Assembly: GCA_964456985.1 (NCBI GenBank)
Contig: CAYWDH010000010.1
Coordinates: 850-64,849 of the forward strand
DNA from: an uncultured Eubacteriales bacterium
Lineage (GTDB): Bacteria; Acidobacteriota; Aminicenantia; Aminicenantales; Aminicenantaceae
DNA: 64,000 nucleotides
Direction: 5' to 3'
Positions 26,942-35,474 of this stretch are shown here, one piece after another; position 1 is the first letter of the stretch, and each line of letters opens with the position of its first letter. A program made the translations under genes and the position numbers. The notes below the pieces were generated by a model. The model searched no databases, was not told the DNA's origin, and worked only from the letters and a program-made list of their open reading frames with translations.

Positions 26942-29068
26942 ATGACGACTGTAATCAAAATACTGAATCAAATTGAAAACAAAGAATTAGTATTACCGGA
27001 ATTCCAAAGGGAATTCACATGGAACAGGGATCAAGCCAAAAAGCTTATCGCTTCTTTTCTAAGTGATTTTCCTACAGGAGCTCTTTTATTCTGGAAGACA
27101 AAAGAGAACATTGCTTTGAAAAATATGCCTGACTTTACCCCAGATGGAAGGGTAGAGGTAATTTTAGATGGCCAGCAGCGTTTGACAACGCTTTATCTTC
27201 TTATTAAAGATGACATTCCATTATATTACAGCAAGAAAGATATTGGTGATGGAAAGGATATTAGACACCTCTATTATAATCTTGAAACAGGGGAACTTGA
27301 ATATTATAAGAAGGCAAAGATGCAGAACAATCCGAGATGGGTTAGAGTTACTGATTGCTACAAAGAGGAGAGAGTTGATGATTATGATATTGCTGAAGAG
27401 ATCAGCCAGAAGGAAGACATTGAATTTAGGTCGATTTCTAGAATATTAAGAGACAATCTAACTAAATTAAGAAACATAAAAGAAAAAGACTATCAAATAA
27501 TATATGTCAAAGACACATCAAATCTAAGGGAAGCATTGACAGTATTTGATAGAATCAATAGTGCGGGCACACCATTATCCCAAGCAGATATTGCCCTGGC
27601 TCATATGTGCAGCAGATGGCCGGATACAAGACGCATTTTTAAAGAAAAAATAAGGGAATTAAAAAAATACGGCTTTGAATTCGATCTAACATTTTTAGTT
27701 CGGGCAATGAATGCGGTTGTCAACAAGCGGGCAGAATACAAACAACTCCATGATAATACCGAGGAAGAACTCAAAAAAGGATTTAAGAAATTAGAGGGGA
27801 TACTTGATTATTTGGTAAATATACTGAGAGACAGAGCCTATATCTATGGGACTGATGATTTAAATACCACTAATGTATTGATTCCTATGATTGGTTATTT
27901 GTCGTTATATGGGCCCGAATTCAATAGTGAATCCACGATGAAAAAGATGTTTTACTGGATGTACACTGCATTGTATAAGAGAAGATTTGCTAGCAGTGTG
28001 GACCAAAAGTTGGAGGATGACCTTGGCTGCTTAAAGCCTGATTTTACTCCGGATAAAGATCCGACTGATGATCTTCTTGATAATCTCAAGGAGGATCAAG
28101 GGGACCATGAGGTTACAAAATCAAATCTCTGTATGCGTGGAATAATCCACCCTTTGTATAACATGGCAAACATTGTAATTCGGGCAAATGGCGGATTTGA
28201 TTGGGGTAAAGGAATAAACCTTTCACAGCCCTATGGAAAAAAATTCAAAGTGGAATGTCATCACATCTTTCCTCATTCGATCTTACTAAAGAGTGGTTAT
28301 GAGACAACTAATCTGCATCATCAAAAATTAATTAACGAGATCGCGAATCGAGTTCCATTGACCAAAAAATCTAATATGGAAATATTTACCAAAGAACCGC
28401 GTGAATATTTTCCTGTTCTTGAGAAAAGATACCCTGGTAATCTAGAACGCTTTTTCATTCCTATGAACAAAAAGCTATGGAAAATTAAGAATTTTGAGGG
28501 CTTTCTTGAAAAAAGAAGAGAATTAATAGCAGAGGGGATTAATGAATTTATGAAAAATCTGATTGAGAGCCAAGATACAGGTGCGGAAACAGAAGATATT
28601 TTATCGCTGGTGAAGCAAAATGAAGGAGAAAAATTGGAATTCAAGTCTTCATTGAGGTGGAATCTTAATCAACAGGATTGGGATAAAAATCTTGAAAAGG
28701 TTGTGTTAAAGACAATATCTGCGTTTTTGAATGCCTCAGGAGGGAAGTTGCTTATTGGCGTGAAAGATGACGGGTCAATATTCGGAATAGAAAAAGAACT
28801 GAAAAGATTCGGCAATGAGGATAAATTTGAAATCCATCTGTCGAACATTATTGAGGCAAATATTGGGAAAAATTTTATGCCATATATTCATATTGAGTTT
28901 CATGAATTAGAAGGGAAAACAATTTGTTTGGTGAGTGTAGAAAAAAGTCCAAGACCTGCTTATCTAAGATGCGGAAATCAAGAGCAGTTTTTTGTTAGAT
29001 TAGGAAACCACTCTAAGGAATTGAGTGTTGCTGAGGCCCTGGATTATGTTAAAGAGCATTGGGATTGA
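26942..29068 (+). CDS. GmrSD-type (DUF262 + DUF1524/HNH) nuclease fused to a C-terminal AlbA_2 (Schlafen-like) DNA-binding domain
   Basis: DUF262 motifs are LPEFQREFTW and DGQQRLTT. DUF1524 motifs are ECHHIFPHS and NRVPLTKKSN. The C-terminal part, EGEKLEFKSSL...ISAFLNASGGKLLIGVKDDGSIFGIE, is typical of AlbA_2. Confidence 0.85.
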   Translation: MTTVIKILNQIENKELVLPEFQREFTWNRDQAKKLIASFLSDFPTGALLFWKTKENIALKNMPDFTPDGRVEVILDGQQRLTTLYLLIKDDIPLYYSKKDIGDGKDIRHLYYNLETGELEYYKKAKMQNNPRWVRVTDCYKEERVDDYDIAEEISQKEDIEFRSISRILRDNLTKLRNIKEKDYQIIYVKDTSNLREALTVFDRINSAGTPLSQADIALAHMCSRWPDTRRIFKEKIRELKKYGFEFDLTFLVRAMNAVVNKRAEYKQLHDNTEEELKKGFKKLEGILDYLVNILRDRAYIYGTDDLNTTNVLIPMIGYLSLYGPEFNSESTMKKMFYWMYTALYKRRFASSVDQKLEDDLGCLKPDFTPDKDPTDDLLDNLKEDQGDHEVTKSNLCMRGIIHPLYNMANIVIRANGGFDWGKGINLSQPYGKKFKVECHHIFPHSILLKSGYETTNLHHQKLINEIANRVPLTKKSNMEIFTKEPREYFPVLEKRYPGNLERFFIPMNKKLWKIKNFEGFLEKRRELIAEGINEFMKNLIESQDTGAETEDILSLVKQNEGEKLEFKSSLRWNLNQQDWDKNLEKVVLKTISAFLNASGGKLLIGVKDDGSIFGIEKELKRFGNEDKFEIHLSNIIEANIGKNFMPYIHIEFHELEGKTICLVSVEKSPRPAYLRCGNQEQFFVRLGNHSKELSVAEALDYVKEHWD

Positions 29069-29269
29069 TTGTAATAATGTTTTAAGATTGCATTCTCTTA
29101 AAATAGCTTATAGGCATAGTGTTAGTCACATGACTATAAATTAATCCCCCCCTCCATGATAATTAACGGATTGGCCACACACACACAAATATTTCCTATT
29201 CCTGGCATCTTTTCATAAATTGCTTTATAATTTTTCCAAATTGTGGACAGGGTTGAACCTAAACGGCTT

Positions 29270-29992
29270 ATGTACAAAATATCAGTCGGCAGCGTCACCA
29301 TAGATGTTGTAAGAAGAGACATAAAGAACATTCATCTCTACATAGATCCCCCTTATGGAAGAGTGTGGATGTCAGCACCGAAATGGCTTGCTGAAAAAGA
29401 GTTGCGGTCATTTGCCCTCTCGAAATTGCAATGGATAAAACACCATCAGGAACGATTCATAAAGCTAAAACTACGACAAGCAAGGAAATATATTTCCGGT
29501 GAAAGCCATTATTTTTTAGGAAAGCCCTACAAACTCAATGTTATTCACCAATCCCCGCACTCGCGTGATAAAGTGAGGATCCGGGATGATAGATTTCTGG
29601 ACCTCTATGTGCGCAAAGGAAGCGATAGGGAGCGAAGAGAAAGGATCCTAACGGAATGGTACCGGAAGCAATTGAAAGATATTCTCCCATACTTTATCGA
29701 AAAATGGGAGGAAAGGATCGGAGTGGATGCCGATGATTGGGGTGTTAGGCGGATGAAGACCAAATGGGGCTCATGCAATGTTACGGCAAAACGCATTTGC
29801 TTGAATCTGGAGCTAGTCAAAAAACCTCCACTTTGTCTTGAATATATTTTGATTCATGAATTGGTGCACTTTCTGGAGCCTTCTCATAACAGCAGGTTCA
29901 AAGCCTTCATGGATAAGTTCATGCCGGATTGGAGGATTATGGAGAAGGAGCTCAATAGACTTCCTATAGAACATAGCGATTGGGTTTATTGA
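29270..29992 (+). CDS. YgjP-like (DUF45/M48-type) zinc metallopeptidase
   Basis: It has HELVHFLEPSH (HExxH) and WGSC...RICLNLEL. The start was set at the MYKISVGS Met. Confidence 0.8.
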   Translation: MYKISVGSVTIDVVRRDIKNIHLYIDPPYGRVWMSAPKWLAEKELRSFALSKLQWIKHHQERFIKLKLRQARKYISGESHYFLGKPYKLNVIHQSPHSRDKVRIRDDRFLDLYVRKGSDRERRERILTEWYRKQLKDILPYFIEKWEERIGVDADDWGVRRMKTKWGSCNVTAKRICLNLELVKKPPLCLEYILIHELVHFLEPSHNSRFKAFMDKFMPDWRIMEKELNRLPIEHSDWVY

Positions 29993-30231
29993 TGACACTT
30001 TAAAAGATTTGGATATTGGCGGAGAAGATAAAAGCAGATCATTCGCATTGTGATATATTCTCCATTAGATTCAATAGATATACAGCGCGGGAATTTATTT
30101 TTGTTCTGCAAGAAGATCATTCCAAAGTTAAGAATACAATTATCAATAGTTTCTTGAGATCTGAATGGGGAAAAGGAAAAAATCCTCATTTTACTTTTAG
30201 TAAGCAGTTCTGAGATCCCCTCTCGTAATTA

Positions 30232-30249
30232 GGGGACGAGCCCGGACCC
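30232..30249 (+). repeat. Isolated 5'-terminal fragment of the ~100-nt repeat family (GGGGACGAGCCCGGACCC)
   Basis: It matches the invariant 5' end of the family with two mismatches, and the similarity stops after ~18 nt. Confidence 0.3.
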
Positions 30250-30319
30250 AGAACTCTTCTTTTAAATTGACAATTCTATTATCAAATAGTATTTTTCTTA
30301 TAAGTAAAAGGAGGGAATA

Positions 30320-31660
30320 ATGAGATCGGGTAAAATATCTGTTTTATTTCTGTTTTTAATAGTCTTCTCAGTTCAGGCCCAGAACAAGAATCTAGATAAC
30401 CGCTGTCAAACTGTGGAATTGCCTGATCATAAGACATTTAAAGTAGATGCAAGAGAAATGAATCAAAAATATAATTCCAGATTCAAATCCCAGGACAGAG
30501 TCCAGATCATTCTTAAAAATATGAATCCGTTTCTTTTTGAATACAAGGTGACTATCAATGCAGTGCCGGTTCCGGAACCTGCATTAGAATATTTTTTCTC
30601 AATTTTGCCTGGGTTAGAAGAAATCGTGTCCGTTGAGGCAGCTGAAAACCGCGTCTTAATTAAAAAAGAGGATCTAGATGATTACAATAAAGCCATGGAG
30701 GAAGCTATTGAGCTGTATGAGAAGATAAGAAGTGAAATTAATAACGCGAACAAACTACTTAAAGATCATCAACATATTCTCCAATCAGAAAGGGCATCAT
30801 GTGCGGACCTGGTTGATACAGCACAAAATCTAAAAAAAGAAATGGAAGAAGGAATAAAAAAGATTGAAAAAATGGCAGATGACTTCAAATGTGCTATCTG
30901 TTCCATAGAGAAAAAAGTTGAGCCATATAAAGATAGTATAGACGTATCATTCAAAGACAAAATAAATGAGCTTAATCGTGGTTATAAACTAGTTGAAGAA
31001 AATATAAAAGACTACAAGAAAAGATTAAACTCCCTTAAAAAAACACTAGGGCGTCTTGAAAATTTCACTAAAAGCTACACCATCGGGCCTTATGGTGCGC
31101 CAACTGACGTAAAGGTCGAGATTGAACGAAAAAATCTCAAAATTAAAGGGGCGAAATTCGAGTCATTGATGACAGCAAAACTAAATTTCGGAGGAGGCCC
31201 GCGCTTCGCACTAGCCGCAGGTGTGGGTTTTTCATTCCTGGATAAAAGAACTTACATAAAAGCTTGGGGCTTTGAGCTTGATCGCAGTGGAAATCCTGTA
31301 GTACCGAGAAATGATACTGCGGTCGTTAGTAAGGGGGAAGACTCGAACAGTCGTTCTTTTATACTTTTAATGCTCCACACTCGGGTGTTTGATTTATTTG
31401 AGCAGGGAACCTTTCATATTTCTTTAGGGATTACAGGCAAAACAGAAGATGACAAAGTTGTAGAGTACATAGGAGGTGTTTCCCTGGGTCTTGCTGAAGA
31501 GCGGCTCTTTATGACTCTGGGCTTACACTACGGAAAACTTCAGGAGCTGGATAAACAGGTGTATATCGGCGCTCCTGTTCCGGAAGATGTGAATGATATT
31601 CCGGTAACGAATAAATGGGAATGTGCTCTTGCCTTTTCCCTGACCTACAAGATCAAATGA
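30320..31660 (+). CDS. Secreted hypothetical protein (coiled-coil N-half, beta-rich C-half)
   Basis: It has a strong RBS (AAAGGAGGG) and the signal peptide MRSGKISVLFLFLIVFSVQAQ. The C-terminal alternating-hydrophobic strands suggest an outer-membrane barrel. Confidence 0.6.
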   Translation: MRSGKISVLFLFLIVFSVQAQNKNLDNRCQTVELPDHKTFKVDAREMNQKYNSRFKSQDRVQIILKNMNPFLFEYKVTINAVPVPEPALEYFFSILPGLEEIVSVEAAENRVLIKKEDLDDYNKAMEEAIELYEKIRSEINNANKLLKDHQHILQSERASCADLVDTAQNLKKEMEEGIKKIEKMADDFKCAICSIEKKVEPYKDSIDVSFKDKINELNRGYKLVEENIKDYKKRLNSLKKTLGRLENFTKSYTIGPYGAPTDVKVEIERKNLKIKGAKFESLMTAKLNFGGGPRFALAAGVGFSFLDKRTYIKAWGFELDRSGNPVVPRNDTAVVSKGEDSNSRSFILLMLHTRVFDLFEQGTFHISLGITGKTEDDKVVEYIGGVSLGLAEERLFMTLGLHYGKLQELDKQVYIGAPVPEDVNDIPVTNKWECALAFSLTYKIK

Positions 31661-31713
31661 TACAAGCAGAACATAATCCTTTGTATTGATTAAGCATCGA
31701 TACTGATTTTTAT

Positions 31714-32148
31714 TTATTTTTGATCCTTTTTCTTTTTGATTGCTTCAGCAGCCCGATGTAAAAATTTACCAAAGTATTTAGGATTGTAGCTGACGATGAA
31801 GCTTACCACAGAGACAACGCTTGCCAGCCGTGCGTATTGTTCAGGAGTCTGCGGGGATATGGGCGGTGATTGTAAAACGATTATCATGCCGGAGATGATC
31901 AATAGGTACACTATAAATCCCCTGATAATTCCTGAAAGATAGGGATTAATGGGATCAACTGGAAATTCATCAGTTTCTTCCTGTTTGCTAATGACGTGTA
32001 ATGTGGCACAACGACCGAGCGCGCCAAGAAGGCCTGTGAGTATGCTTAATAGCGCTACGTTTGTTGGCGTGTATACCAGCAGAACAATGATCCAATTGAT
32101 GAAATCATTCAGGAATGTCGTATCAGGTGTTTTGGACGCTATCTTAGG
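31714..32148 (-). pseudogene. 5'-truncated duplicate of the membrane-protein gene at 33108-33686
   Basis: It is near-identical at the nucleotide level to 33127-33553. The frame is closed by a TAA just upstream and has no native start. The fragment ends exactly where repeat copy B begins. Confidence 0.65.
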
Positions 32149-32155
32149 TGTTTAA

Positions 32156-32258
32156 GGGGACGGGCCCGGACATCTTCAATCATATCAATAAGATAACCCC
32201 ATTTTTCCACAACCAGCCTCCCTGAAGTACTCCTATTTTTTAGCCCCTAAATCAGCAG
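32156..32258 (+). repeat. ~100-nt repeat family, copy B (most divergent 3' half)
   Basis: It reads GGGGACGGGCCCGGACATCTTCAATCATATCAATAAGATAACCCCATTTTTCCACAACC...AAATCAGCAG. Confidence 0.85.
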
Positions 32259-32312
32259 CTTAATGCGTAAGAGCTTAACTGACAGGTAATCATGTAAGAC
32301 GGCTTTGTTTAA

Positions 32313-32603
32313 TTAGTCTTCTCTATCAGATCTTATGAGTTTCTCTTTTGATGATTTTGAAACAGAAAATCCCGTTTTTTTTGTGACTAAATTTAAAATT
32401 TTGTCGAACTGGACTTCCTCAATAAGATTATCATCAACCATACCATATACAACTGTTTTATCTTCCATTATTTCAATACGATCCAATGATATGGGGCAGC
32501 CTTCTGGGTAGATGCCTTCTGTGGCTTCATGAAAAGACTTTGCTAAGAAATCCTCCACATATTCCTGATCGAGTTTTTTTGGGATATTAATTTTTAAGAT
32601 CAT
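32313..32603 (-). CDS. Hypothetical protein
   Basis: The ORF has a GGGAGG RBS before the MILKINIP Met. I recognised no family. Confidence 0.45.
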   Translation of the reverse strand: MILKINIPKKLDQEYVEDFLAKSFHEATEGIYPEGCPISLDRIEIMEDKTVVYGMVDDNLIEEVQFDKILNLVTKKTGFSVSKSSKEKLIRSDRED

Positions 32604-32613
32604 TTTATCCTCC

Positions 32614-32979
32614 CTAAAGTTCAATACATTGACTTAGAGCTCTTCCTGTGACTTCAATGTATTCTGCTTGAGACAATACTTTTTTTGTGCCACTTGGACG
32701 TGGGATTTTTGATAACATTACTGACGAGCTTTGTGAGTTAATTTTTCCATCTGTGACAAACAGATCGTAAGCTCCTCCCTTGTAAACAAAATACAAATTT
32801 TTGGTCCCGTCACTTTTTTCGACACATATGATTATCCGTTTGATGTAGATAATGTTTCTACCATTATTTTGACCGCAGACAAAAATCTTGTTCGTGGCCA
32901 ATTCATATCCAGTGACTAGCTTTAATGGTGAATACTCCAATAATCTCCCCGATAATTGTTCACAATTTGACATTCTCAT
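32614..32979 (-). CDS. Hypothetical protein
   Basis: It is an ORF in an operon-like arrangement with 32313-32603. I recognised no family. Confidence 0.45.
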   Translation of the reverse strand: MRMSNCEQLSGRLLEYSPLKLVTGYELATNKIFVCGQNNGRNIIYIKRIIICVEKSDGTKNLYFVYKGGAYDLFVTDGKINSQSSSVMLSKIPRPSGTKKVLSQAEYIEVTGRALSQCIEL

Positions 32980-33107
32980 ACCTCCTTAAATTAGAATATA
33001 GAATAAAAATCAGAAAATTTTGATTAAAGAAACATGTTGCTCACCTCCTTTACCAATGATTCTTGCAGAGGAGAAGATCTTTATTTTCAATGAAGAAAGC
33101 ATTCCAC

Positions 33108-33686
33108 TTAATCAGGAGTATTACTTTGATCTTTTTTCTTTTTGATTGCTTCAGCAGCTCGATGTAAAAATTTACCAAAGTATTTAGGATTGTAGCTGAC
33201 GATGAAGCTTACCACAGAGACAACGCTTGCCAGCCGTGCGTATTGTTCAGGAGTCTGCGGGGATATGGGCGGTGATTGTAAAACGATTATCATGCCGGAG
33301 ATGATCAATAGGTACACTATAAATCCCCTGATAATTCCTGAAAGATAGGGATTAATGGGATCAACTGGAAATTCATCAGTTTCTTCCTGTTTGCTAATGA
33401 CGTGTAATGTGGCACAACGACCGAGCGCGCCAAGAAGGCCTGTGAGTATGCTTAATAGCGCTACGTTTGTTGGCGTGTATACCAGCAGAACAATGATCCA
33501 ATTGATGAAATCATTCAGGAATGTCGTATCAGGTGTTTTGGATGCTATTTTTGAGCGATAAGGAAACGAATTAACGATCGTTCCAGCTAAAAATATCAAT
33601 ATCCATAATACAATGGTGATAATAGTTAGAGTTTTTCCTAAGTTGCTAAGCCCGTTAGTTTTTAAAAGTTTCGTTTTATTTTGCAT
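33108..33686 (-). CDS. Four-TM membrane protein (intact copy)
   Basis: It has hydrophobic segments and a Lys-rich C-terminus. It is the parent of the truncated duplicate at 31714-32148. Confidence 0.65.
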   Translation of the reverse strand: MQNKTKLLKTNGLSNLGKTLTIITIVLWILIFLAGTIVNSFPYRSKIASKTPDTTFLNDFINWIIVLLVYTPTNVALLSILTGLLGALGRCATLHVISKQEETDEFPVDPINPYLSGIIRGFIVYLLIISGMIIVLQSPPISPQTPEQYARLASVVSVVSFIVSYNPKYFGKFLHRAAEAIKKKKDQSNTPD

Positions 33687-33709
33687 GTTATTAACCTCTT
33701 TCCTTCTTA

Positions 33710-33928
33710 TTATCTATCACTTCCCCCAATACAATATGTGCAGTTATCATAACCCTCTTCATGAGCTTGTTCCAATGTGTCTGGTGAGAAAGGTTTAGCG
33801 TGGCCCGCTTCAATAATTTCATCAATCTGACATTGATAAGTTTCCTCATCAAGCTTGTGGACTTCCATGGTGTTTGTGTTGCCACAGTATCTTTTGCCGT
33901 ATAAAGGATGCCCGTGTCTTCTTGCCAT
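33710..33928 (-). CDS. Small Cys-containing metal-binding protein (Ada Zn-binding-like pattern)
   Basis: HGHPLYG...C...H...C...PFSP..EQAHEEGYDNCTYC resembles the small Ada-like metal-binding domain (F.s...A...GY..C..C). It has a strong AAGGAGG RBS. Confidence 0.5.
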   Translation of the reverse strand: MARRHGHPLYGKRYCGNTNTMEVHKLDEETYQCQIDEIIEAGHAKPFSPDTLEQAHEEGYDNCTYCIGGSDR

Positions 33929-34063
33929 TATTCATTACCTCCTTAAATAAAAAGGTTTGACTATCAATTCACCTTTTTGGGTCCCACCATCAATTCCTTT
34001 TACTGACAACAGCTGTATGTTTATAATGATCACCAAGGAACGAATTTGCTGATTATATGGCGA

Positions 34064-35431
34064 TCATCCCTCATAGGCCGTTATTACCTTTTCTAATTCT
34101 TTATGAAATAATTTCCGAATCCACTGCATTCTCGCCTCGCAGTCATTAGGACGTAGAGCTGCTCCAGTTCTTTCGTAGGCACTTCCCATACAGCCGCTGC
34201 CGCAGAAATTCCTCCATGGACATTCTTGACATTCTTCGATTAGATTAGGACGATCAAAGCATTCCTGTTTGATGTTTCGGAGCTTTTGCCCGGCTACAAT
34301 TTCATCAAATTTAGAATTCCTCACATTGCCAAGACAATATTCCTGGCCACTATGAAAGCATTGGCAGGGGAAAACATTACCTGCTGGATCAACTCTTACC
34401 TGGGTTCCGATAGAACATCGTGTTTGGGCTCCTGATCGAGAGATGTTCATGGAAAAACAGTCAGCCAGAAGATCCATTTCTCCTTTCAGTTCCGAAGCTT
34501 TTTCAGAAACAATATCCCAGAAGCGAAGGATTTCCTCATTGGAAAGCTTCAATTCTTCCCAGTTGGATTTTGCTCTCCCAGATGGTGACAGAGGAGGAAA
34601 CTGAATGACCGGTATGCCGCGATCCAGGCCAAACTGAATGATATCTGGGGTTTCGTCTATATTAAGCTTGGACGGTGTGAAAGCAATCACGATATCTTTT
34701 CCCAAATCTTGAGAGAGCAAAAGATCAAGGCCTTTAACCGTTTGACTGAATGCCCCTTGTCCACGTAGCAAGTCATGAGTTTCGGGAGTAGCCCCATCCA
34801 AACTGATCTGGATTTTCAATTGATACTCTGCCAGTTTCTGGCTGATATCTTGGTTAATTAAAGTCCCATTTGTTCCAATAGAGACCATAAGCCCTTCAGC
34901 AATGGCAGAATCAATGATATTGAATAAATCATCCCTTAAAAGAGGCTCGCCTCCGCCAATGGATGTGGACTGCGCCCCTGCGTTCTTGGCTGCTCTAAAC
35001 AGGCTGCGGATCTCTTCAAGGCTGAGTTCATTAGGATGGGGATTTCCTGCTGAGAGATAGCAGTGTCTGCATCTCAAATTGCATTGTTTTGTTATCTCGA
35101 GCGCAAGACAGCTGAAGAGGTTATCTGGTTTTGTGTCCTTTGAAGTCTTGAGAAGGACCTTGTCATGCAAAAGACCTTCGAGAAATTCTTTAACAATTTT
35201 AGTCATATCTTTTTGAGAAATTCCGTTATTTCTTGAGATAAGTTGAGCAATATTTTTAACTGAATTCTGACCGTCGCATAGATTAAGAATGTCCATGCTG
35301 TCAGAATTGATAAAAGCCCAAGCAGGAACTTCAGTGTTTAGTACAAAATAGACGTGTTCATGGCCGCTATTCCATGTGAATTCTTCAAAATAGAGGTCAG
35401 TTGTGGAACGGGGAACATAAAAATCTTTCAT
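34064..35431 (-). CDS. Radical SAM/SPASM peptide-modifying enzyme with an N-terminal PqqD-like RRE
   Basis: The radical-SAM cluster is ITKQCNLRCRHCY. The SPASM region is CSIG...FPCQC...CQECPWRNFCGSGC. The N-terminal ILNLCDGQNSVKNIAQLI is PqqD/RRE-like. Confidence 0.9.
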   Translation of the reverse strand: MKDFYVPRSTTDLYFEEFTWNSGHEHVYFVLNTEVPAWAFINSDSMDILNLCDGQNSVKNIAQLISRNNGISQKDMTKIVKEFLEGLLHDKVLLKTSKDTKPDNLFSCLALEITKQCNLRCRHCYLSAGNPHPNELSLEEIRSLFRAAKNAGAQSTSIGGGEPLLRDDLFNIIDSAIAEGLMVSIGTNGTLINQDISQKLAEYQLKIQISLDGATPETHDLLRGQGAFSQTVKGLDLLLSQDLGKDIVIAFTPSKLNIDETPDIIQFGLDRGIPVIQFPPLSPSGRAKSNWEELKLSNEEILRFWDIVSEKASELKGEMDLLADCFSMNISRSGAQTRCSIGTQVRVDPAGNVFPCQCFHSGQEYCLGNVRNSKFDEIVAGQKLRNIKQECFDRPNLIEECQECPWRNFCGSGCMGSAYERTGAALRPNDCEARMQWIRKLFHKELEKVITAYEG

Positions 35432-35474
35432 TTTGAATTATACACATTTATGTCTGAGTAAAAATTTCTGGATC

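Noticed and set aside
33710-33928. The 72-aa Cys-containing protein might be the RiPP precursor for the rSAM/SPASM enzyme.
   Set aside because: Its Cys/His spacing and the terminal GY..C..C pattern fit a small Ada-like zinc-binding domain better than a leader-core peptide. I keep it only as a secondary candidate within the locus finding.
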